Positions 43,969 to 50,132 of a stretch of 50,132 nt of DNA are shown piece by piece (positions within the stretch are counted from its first letter, which is position 1; the number at the start of each line of letters is the position of its first letter). The notes beneath the pieces were generated by a model. The model saw nothing but the letters and a program-made list of their open reading frames with translations, did no database searches and had not been told where the DNA came from. A program made the translations under genes and the position numbers. The stretch is from Minisyncoccota bacterium (GTDB lineage: Bacteria > Patescibacteriota > Minisyncoccia > Phycocordibacterales > JABAAK01), in NCBI GenBank assembly GCA_958295675.1, contig OY282360.1:1-50132 (forward strand), written 5' to 3'.

Positions 43969-45123
43969 CTAATTAGTAAAAATCTCTATATATCTCCTAT
44001 ACTCATACATCTGTGACCGACTCTTCTTTTTTCTGGGACTGAGAATATTCAATGCGACCATTCTGTTAATCGCAGTTTGAACTTTGACCCTGCTAAGACC
44101 TGTCTCCTTTTGAAGATCCGAGTTTGTTGTAATAGGAACCCGATAAAGATAATTCAATATTTTGAGCACATTCTCCGAAGATCGTTTATCAATCTGTACA
44201 ATTTTTTCTCTATCAACATCTCTCAAATCAGAAAGTTGTTCTATGGTCTTAATTGAATCATCTGCTATTTCTATAACCGCATCAAGAAAAAAATCAACCC
44301 AGGCATCAACTTCCCCCTTTGAATAGTGAAACAGCCGCTCATAATAGACATCTCTATATTTTCTGAAATAATGGGAAAGATACAGCAATGGTTTTTCCAT
44401 AATCTTTTTTTCTGCAAAGAATAGTGTTACAAGCATTCTTCCTGTCCGACCGTTCCCGTCAAGAAATGGATGTATGGTCTCAAATTGCGCATGAACAAGT
44501 GCCGCCTGTATAACAGGAGAAAGTAAAAGATTTTTTGAGTGGATGAATTTCTCCAAATCACCAATTGTTTTTGATACCTCAGTGTGTGGCGGAGGAATAA
44601 AGCGTGCGTCTGATATATTTCTCCCTCCTATCCAATTTTGAGAGGTTCGAAACTCGCCGGGTGTGTTGCTTGGATTGCTCGTTCTCGCCCCGGACATCAG
44701 GGTAAAATGCATCAATTTTATTAGTCGCTCACTAATAGGTAATTTTTTTAATTCGTTGAGCCCTGAATTAAGTCCGCGTATGTAATACAATATATCTTCA
44801 ACATCATCCGGAAGGTATGATGATGATCGTACATTTGATTCCAACACATCTTCAAATTCTGCATTTGTCCCCTCTATTTTACTGGAAGCGGTCGCATCCT
44901 TATTGAGATACATAAAGATAAAAAAATCAACATCAGGAATATGGTGCGCAATTCCATTCAAATGACTCATTTTTGCTCGTGCCTCTTCACTTTTCATGAG
45001 AATGCGCATATCAAACTGCAACATATCCTTTGAAGGAAATTTTTCCGGAATAAAAGATGCGTATCCTTTTGGTTGTTTTATAAAGCGACCCACTAATTTT
45101 CTTGATTTCTTTGTCTGTTCCAT
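43969..45123 (-). CDS. Fic-family protein (AMPylase-type) with an N-terminal inhibitory helix and a C-terminal wHTH-like domain
   Basis: ORF 43969..45159, with the internal ATG at 45123 chosen (MEQTKKSRK...). It has the Fic motif HPFLDGNGRTGR and an inhibitory (S/T)xxxE(G/N) motif in SSKIEGT upstream of the core. Confidence 0.9.
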   Translation of the reverse strand: MEQTKKSRKLVGRFIKQPKGYASFIPEKFPSKDMLQFDMRILMKSEEARAKMSHLNGIAHHIPDVDFFIFMYLNKDATASSKIEGTNAEFEDVLESNVRSSSYLPDDVEDILYYIRGLNSGLNELKKLPISERLIKLMHFTLMSGARTSNPSNTPGEFRTSQNWIGGRNISDARFIPPPHTEVSKTIGDLEKFIHSKNLLLSPVIQAALVHAQFETIHPFLDGNGRTGRMLVTLFFAEKKIMEKPLLYLSHYFRKYRDVYYERLFHYSKGEVDAWVDFFLDAVIEIADDSIKTIEQLSDLRDVDREKIVQIDKRSSENVLKILNYLYRVPITTNSDLQKETGLSRVKVQTAINRMVALNILSPRKKKSRSQMYEYRRYIEIFTN

Positions 45124-45336
45124 ATGTATAAATATAGCATATTTTTCTACATATAACAATGTATATGTGTAAAAATATACAATTTTTACACATTAAATAA
45201 AGCAAGTGTGTAAATTTTTTCAAAACCATAGAAATACGCTTATTTTTCAAGAGATTTTAGTTCTCATAAAATATACATTGCACTGAAAGCACATTCTTGC
45301 CGATCCTATTTGAAACTAAAGTAAAATAAGGAGTAT

Positions 45337-45348
45337 TTTCCAGTACAA
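45337..45348 (+). repeat. Candidate attR core: direct copy of the 12-bp sequence found next to tRNA-Lys
   Basis: TTTCCAGTACAA occurs at 38335..38346 (just after tRNA-Lys), at 45337..45348 in direct orientation, and at 40033..40044 in inverted orientation inside IR-A2. Confidence 0.55.
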
Positions 45349-45408
45349 GACAAAACACGCTTGCTATCGCCCCGCCTTTCAAAAAATAAAATACTATGAC
45401 CGAGTTCT

Positions 45409-46107
45409 CTACACAACAAGCACAATATGTTCAATGATTTCTTCGTCAGTTTCTCCGCGCAAACGCCCCTGACGAACAATGCGCTCAGCATCAAGAAACA
45501 CATTAAAAGGATTGCCGAACGCGGAAATTGCGCCTTTTGTCTTGGTGTACACAAACGGCTTGACACCGGCTTCGGCTGCATTTTGTGCTCCAGAAACAAG
45601 GGCGAACATTCGTAATTGCCACAAAAGAATATTTAACAGCGATGTCGGCGATTCACCCCGTAACAGCGCCCGATGTAGTGCCGTAAATGTCTTCACACGA
45701 TCGTGTTTCATAAACACATCAGTAAATGCGAATAATGACCGGGTGTCTTCCCTCTTCTCCTGATCCGCAAACCGCTGCACCGACACATCGCACTTCGCAA
45801 AATGTTTCTCCTGTGCCGGACTTAACGACGGCTCAAAAACAATGAACACATGCGGTGATTCGCGGTACGCGGTGATATTGTTCATCAAGTGATCAGACAC
45901 CGAATCAGAAATCAATTCATCACAAAAAACAATATATTTATTCTCAAAAAGTCCTTGCCCTAAAAGTAACTCTTCCGGAGATTGCTGTGATACATCCGGA
46001 GAAAGGTGAATATACTCCGCCTGTTCCCGTTTCTTTCGGCAGGCATGTACAAACTCTCTCGCCCGCTCCCGCGCAGAAAACCGATTGCCGCAAAATACAT
46101 ATAACAT
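45409..46107 (-). CDS. holA: Probable DNA polymerase III delta subunit (short form)
   Basis: ORF 45409..46149. I chose the ATG at 46107, which avoids overlap with polA. The N-terminus (MLYVFCGN..., LFENKYIVF) and C-terminal helical region (LLWQLRMFALV, AGVKPFVYTK) resemble delta subunits. The match is weaker than for the other calls. Confidence 0.55.
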   Translation of the reverse strand: MLYVFCGNRFSARERAREFVHACRKKREQAEYIHLSPDVSQQSPEELLLGQGLFENKYIVFCDELISDSVSDHLMNNITAYRESPHVFIVFEPSLSPAQEKHFAKCDVSVQRFADQEKREDTRSLFAFTDVFMKHDRVKTFTALHRALLRGESPTSLLNILLWQLRMFALVSGAQNAAEAGVKPFVYTKTKGAISAFGNPFNVFLDAERIVRQGRLRGETDEEIIEHIVLVV

Positions 46108-46130
46108 AGGAGCAGTATACCAAACCCTTC

Positions 46131-48476
46131 TTATTCCAGCGAGCCCCACGCCCGCCCTTTTCTTACATTCACTACAAGTGGAAACGGTTTCCGATTCGGC
46201 GGATAGACGGATTCCATAGCATCCGTAACAATAGCAACCACATCATCAACATCTTCGGGACGCATTTCAAACAATAATTCGTCATGTATCTGCAGCACCA
46301 TGCGCACATCGGAACCTTTCTTCTTTTTCTTCAATAGCGAATCAACACTAATCATCGCCAACTTTATTATGTCGGCGGCGGTTCCCTGCACAACACTATT
46401 AACTGCCATGCGCTCCGCCTGAGCGCGGACAAATGAAAGTGATGAGGTGATGCCGTCTATCGGACGAACCCTGCCGAACACTGTGGTGACGGAACCGGAT
46501 TCCGCAGCATCCCGCTTCACTCCGTCAATATACGCAAACAGTCCCGGAAATGCCTTTTTATACTCACCGAGAAATTTCCCCGCATCCGCAAAAGAAAAAC
46601 CTGTTGATCTGCGCAGTGCCTGCGCGCCCATGCCGTACAGGATGCCGAAATTTATAGCTTTAGCGCTGGAGCGTTGGTCAGATGTTACCTTATCCAACGG
46701 TACAGAAAATATTCTTGCCGCGGTTGCTGTGTGTATATCACCCCCTTCACTGAAAATCTGAATCATCTCTTTGTCTTGTGACAGAATTGCCGCGAGGCGC
46801 AATTCTATCTGTGAATAGTCAATGGAAACCATCGTCCAGCCGTCCGGAGCGACAAACAAGTTGCGTATTGCCGCTCCGTCCTGACCGCCGACAGGAATAT
46901 TCTGCAGATTCGGATCGCGGGAAGACAGACGACCGGTCGTGGTGCCGTTTTGCTGGAAAGTAGTGTGGATTCTGCCATCTTCCCCGACAAAATCAGGCAG
47001 TGCGTCGGTATAGGTTGAGCGAAGTTTTTCATAGTGTCTGTACTCAAGTATAAGCGGAATAATAGAGTGGTCATCGGTCATCTCAAGCAGCACGGATTCT
47101 TTGGTGGTCCGACCGCCGGATGCAGTTTTAGACGGACGCTTTGGATTCAGATTAAGGTCGGTATACAGCACCTCTCCCAACTGTTTGGGCGAATTAATGT
47201 TAAATTCCTTACCGGCAAGAGTATGTATCTTTTTTGTGAGAGAGGTGATATTCTTCCGATATGTCTTACTCAGTTTTTCTGCGGCAGCGGTATCAAAACA
47301 AATGCCGGTGTTTTCCATGTTCTCAATAATAGGTATAAGCGGTTTTTCAATATTCTCCCACACAGATAACCTGCCGGCCTTCCGAAGATTGTCCAGTAAT
47401 ATTTTTGTCGCGTCATTGTAATCCTCGGTCCTGGTGTGTGTACGGACATCGTCCGACCCTGCGTTTGTCTGCGATGCGTCAAGCACCCACAGCATTATTG
47501 CCGCCTCTTTTGCGATCGGCGATTCCGCATCTTTCACCATTTTGTCTTCTGGTTGCGCGGTGTCTGCCCCTTTTTCGTCTCCGGACCGCCCTGTTATAGC
47601 ATCCAAACGCGCAAACAATGATTCAAATGAATACCGTTCAAGTGTTTCCCGCGCATCCGCATATACAATCATTTCTTTCCATGGTTTTACATCATTGTGA
47701 GGAACACGAACAGGAACATCGGTGTGGATGGTTGCCAAATCACGGGAGGTAAAGGCATGCTCCTTTCCGTCGGTTAAAAGTGTCTCGATTCGCTTTGTGA
47801 AACCAGCTTCCTGCAGTTTCCCATCATCCAGTGCTTTGTAAATTGCGTCAAGACCGCCGAATGCGGCAATGAGCCGTTTTGCGAATGTGTCACCTATACC
47901 CGGAACGCCCGTTATGTTATCAGACGCATCTCCAGCAAGACCTTTATAATCAATAATATATTTTGACGGATAACCGTTCTTCTTCTCAACCTCTTTTTCA
48001 TCGTAAAGCACAAAATCGTTCATCCCTTTTTTCAAAAAGTAAACACGAATGCCGTCATGCACGGTGAGTTGCAACAAATCGCCATCACAGGAAACAATCA
48101 CCACATCTTCGCCGTTTCGGGCATCCGCAAGCGCAAGTGTGCCGAGCAGGTCGTCCGCTTCATGTCCTGCTTTTTCCACCACATGAACACCGTATGACAT
48201 GAGTACGCCGCGCGCGGCTTCTATCTGTGCAATCATGTCTTCCTCCGGCATTTCTCTATTCGCCTTATACGATTCGTGTGACTCCTGCCGGAAGGTTTGT
48301 TCCGGTCGGTCAAAACATGCGACGACATGATCCGGCTCCATCTGGGCAATGATTCGAAAAAGAGTATTGGTAAGTCCGAACAGTGCGCCGGTTGATGTTC
48401 CGTCCTGTGCCCGCAAATCAGGAATGGCATAGTATGCCCGATACAAAAGCGCGAGTGTGTCTATATATACAATCAT
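46131..48476 (-). CDS. polA: DNA polymerase I (5' nuclease plus polymerase domains, reduced central exonuclease region)
   Basis: 5'-3' exonuclease/H3TH motifs (LLYRAYYA, GLAGDASDNITGVPGIGDTFA), polymerase motif A DYSQIELR, motif B RSSAKAINFGILYG, and motif C LQIHDELLFE. Confidence 0.95.
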   Translation of the reverse strand: MIVYIDTLALLYRAYYAIPDLRAQDGTSTGALFGLTNTLFRIIAQMEPDHVVACFDRPEQTFRQESHESYKANREMPEEDMIAQIEAARGVLMSYGVHVVEKAGHEADDLLGTLALADARNGEDVVIVSCDGDLLQLTVHDGIRVYFLKKGMNDFVLYDEKEVEKKNGYPSKYIIDYKGLAGDASDNITGVPGIGDTFAKRLIAAFGGLDAIYKALDDGKLQEAGFTKRIETLLTDGKEHAFTSRDLATIHTDVPVRVPHNDVKPWKEMIVYADARETLERYSFESLFARLDAITGRSGDEKGADTAQPEDKMVKDAESPIAKEAAIMLWVLDASQTNAGSDDVRTHTRTEDYNDATKILLDNLRKAGRLSVWENIEKPLIPIIENMENTGICFDTAAAEKLSKTYRKNITSLTKKIHTLAGKEFNINSPKQLGEVLYTDLNLNPKRPSKTASGGRTTKESVLLEMTDDHSIIPLILEYRHYEKLRSTYTDALPDFVGEDGRIHTTFQQNGTTTGRLSSRDPNLQNIPVGGQDGAAIRNLFVAPDGWTMVSIDYSQIELRLAAILSQDKEMIQIFSEGGDIHTATAARIFSVPLDKVTSDQRSSAKAINFGILYGMGAQALRRSTGFSFADAGKFLGEYKKAFPGLFAYIDGVKRDAAESGSVTTVFGRVRPIDGITSSLSFVRAQAERMAVNSVVQGTAADIIKLAMISVDSLLKKKKKGSDVRMVLQIHDELLFEMRPEDVDDVVAIVTDAMESVYPPNRKPFPLVVNVRKGRAWGSLE

Positions 48477-48949
48477 ATAAGTGGGGTGGGTATGTGTGCT
48501 GTGCGGGCAATATTCTCCAACGCAAAGGTATGCACACCATCTTTCATATCAATGGCAATGGTATGTGTATCCGGTGGCAGATGCTCCACCACACGCTCCG
48601 ACCATTCAACAACAACAAGGGTATTCGGTGAAGTGATCACATCATCCCATCCAATAGTCTGAATCTCAGACACTTCAAGACGATACGCATCAATATGGAT
48701 AAGTCGCGCAAAAACAGAGTCGTCGGTAACATAATCGGAACGCAGTACAAAAGTTGGGCTGGTGACGGTATCACTGACACCAAGTATTTCGGCGATACAT
48801 TTTGTCAGCGCGGTCTTTCCGGCTCCGAGCGGACCGGACAGCGCAAGAACAACAGCTCGCCTGTTTATGTCCGCCGATTGCTTCAATAGATTGACAACAT
48901 GCTGCGCAAATTGACGGGTATCTTCCAATGTGTGTGTGATTGTCTGCAT
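48473..48949 (-). CDS. tsaE: tRNA t6A37 biosynthesis protein TsaE (YjeE ATPase)
   Basis: ORF 48473..49066, with the internal ATG at 48949 chosen (MQTITHTL...). It has the P-loop SGPLGAGKT, SPTFVL and HIDAYRL. It overlaps the polA start in an ATGA arrangement. Confidence 0.85.
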   Translation of the reverse strand: MQTITHTLEDTRQFAQHVVNLLKQSADINRRAVVLALSGPLGAGKTALTKCIAEILGVSDTVTSPTFVLRSDYVTDDSVFARLIHIDAYRLEVSEIQTIGWDDVITSPNTLVVVEWSERVVEHLPPDTHTIAIDMKDGVHTFALENIARTAHIPTPLI

Positions 48950-49018
48950 ACTCACAGAGTACCATTTTCCCAATCCAGAAGAAAAATAAGTAGGCATGGT
49001 GTGGTACAGTACACATGT

Positions 49019-50132
49019 ATGCAGAACAGCATGACAGACACGATACAGCATCAACTGCAGGAACACAGGACACAGGAAGAAGAACGGTTAATTGAGTATC
49101 TTTCTGAAAAATACAAAATACCGGTTGTAAGGCTTGGGGACATACAGGTAAACACTAATGCCCTGCAGTTAATCAGTGAAGAAGATGCGCGTGAAGCAAA
49201 AATGGCGATATATGAGCGATCAAGAGGGAAACTGACAATTGCGGCAAATGAACCGAACAATCCGAAAATGAAAGAGGTGCTGCGCGTACTTGAAGGTAAG
49301 GGATACTCACACAAACTCACACTCACAACAACAAAGACACTTGAACAGATGTGGGAATTTTACAGGGACATCGTCGCAACAAGTGCAACAACACCCGGCA
49401 CTGTATCAATCACAAATGAAAATCTTGAGGAAGCCGTGAAAAATGTAAACTCGGTGGAGGCAGTAATAGAAATGTTGAACAAACTCGGTTCCATGAGTAA
49501 GGCGAGGCGAATATCAAAAAATGTGGAGTACATTGCCGCTGCGGCACTGGCGGTCAATACTTCTGACATACACCTCGAACCGTCGCGGGACGGAGGAATA
49601 GTTCGGTTTCGCGTAGACGGTGTTCTTACAGACATTATCACACTCCCAAGAGATGAATTTAAAAGACTTATCACGCGCATGAAACTGGTGGCACGAATGA
49701 AGATAACCGCGAAAGGAGCGCAAGACGGCGGTTTTGTAGTCCGCCTGTCAGATAGAACTATAAGTGTCCGAGCATCAATCATACCCGAGGAGGAAGGAGG
49801 ATCCTTTGTGCTCCGTCTTTTGGATCCAAAAAATGTCATACATGAAATAGAATCAATCGGTCTGCACCCGGTTATCCTGGATGTGTTTCAAAAAAACATC
49901 AAACGGCCGAACGGTCTAATACTCACCACCGGTCCGACAGGGTCAGGAAAGACCACCACACTGTATTCGTTTCTCAATGCGATAAAAACACCGGAGGTAA
50001 AAATCATCACGCTGGAAGACCCGATTGAGTACCGACTTGAAGGTATCGTACAGACGCAAATCACAAAAAAATATACATTCGGATCCGGATTGCGCGCCAT
50101 TCTCAGGCAGGATCCGGACATCATTCTTGTCG
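49019..50132 (+). CDS. Type II/IV secretion (type IV pilus) assembly ATPase, PilB/GspE family, 3'-truncated
   Basis: Hand translation from the ATG at 49019 gives MQNSMTDTIQ...SDIHLEPSRDGGIVRFRVDGVL...LRLLDPKN...Walker A TGPTGSGKTTT...LRQDPDIILV and stays open to the window end. It is absent from the ORF track because there is no stop. Confidence 0.9.
   Translation, partial: MQNSMTDTIQHQLQEHRTQEEERLIEYLSEKYKIPVVRLGDIQVNTNALQLISEEDAREAKMAIYERSRGKLTIAANEPNNPKMKEVLRVLEGKGYSHKLTLTTTKTLEQMWEFYRDIVATSATTPGTVSITNENLEEAVKNVNSVEAVIEMLNKLGSMSKARRISKNVEYIAAAALAVNTSDIHLEPSRDGGIVRFRVDGVLTDIITLPRDEFKRLITRMKLVARMKITAKGAQDGGFVVRLSDRTISVRASIIPEEEGGSFVLRLLDPKNVIHEIESIGLHPVILDVFQKNIKRPNGLILTTGPTGSGKTTTLYSFLNAIKTPEVKIITLEDPIEYRLEGIVQTQITKKYTFGSGLRAILRQDPDIILV

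Larger units (their letters stand above)
38334..45348. mobile_element. Putative ~7-kb integrative island at the 3' end of tRNA-Lys (serine recombinase, RM, SIR2-like, Fic)
   Basis: The recombinase gene abuts tRNA-Lys. A 12-bp direct repeat lies at both proposed ends. The cargo is AT-rich and is flanked by housekeeping genes (ruvA side, holA/polA side). Confidence 0.6.

Overview
This is a 50.1-kb bacterial chromosomal window read with the standard genetic code (TGA is used as a stop). All calls come from hand motif recognition and hand alignment; no searches or folding programs were run.

The backbone is compact and made of housekeeping genes: gyrB, rnhB, dnaE, a MacAB-like ABC exporter with a HlyD adaptor, nrdA/nrdB, rplS, an RluA-family synthase, mscS, metG plus a separate tRNA-binding-domain gene, rpsT, ruvA, a holA-like gene, polA, tsaE, and a 3'-truncated pilB/gspE ATPase. 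There are nine hand-folded tRNAs: His, Leu, Val x2, Ser, Glu, Arg, Lys. The style (split MetRS module, extended L19, a large LRR surface protein, many genes lacking an obvious SD) is reminiscent of CPR/Patescibacteria, but that is inference only.

The backbone is interrupted by visibly AT-richer accessory insertions, three of them next to tRNA genes:
1. 2.7-7.1 kb: a phage-type Dam methyltransferase plus a putative restriction enzyme, divergent from an uncharacterised two-gene cassette whose large protein starts with an Mrr-like PD-(D/E)xK signature.
2. 15.5-19.7 kb, after tRNA-His: an HNH endonuclease plus two methyltransferases (DPPY and SPPY), then an orphan ClpP-fold protease.
3. 24.2-25.6 kb, after tRNA-Leu: a retron-type reverse transcriptase with a ~460-nt structured leader and no recognisable effector gene.
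4. 38.3-45.3 kb, at tRNA-Lys: a large-serine-recombinase island carrying a type II RM pair, a SIR2-like protein and a Fic protein.

The fourth island has an unusual nested inverted-repeat architecture. A perfect 190-bp inverted repeat brackets the recombinase gene and includes its own 3' end. A second, imperfect ~175-bp inverted repeat brackets the RM+SIR2 cassette.

The best candidates for something new are the effector-less RT+leader locus, the recombinase/inverted-repeat-flanked RM+SIR2 cassette, and the 4.6-7.0 kb two-gene cassette. No rRNA genes or CRISPR arrays were seen.
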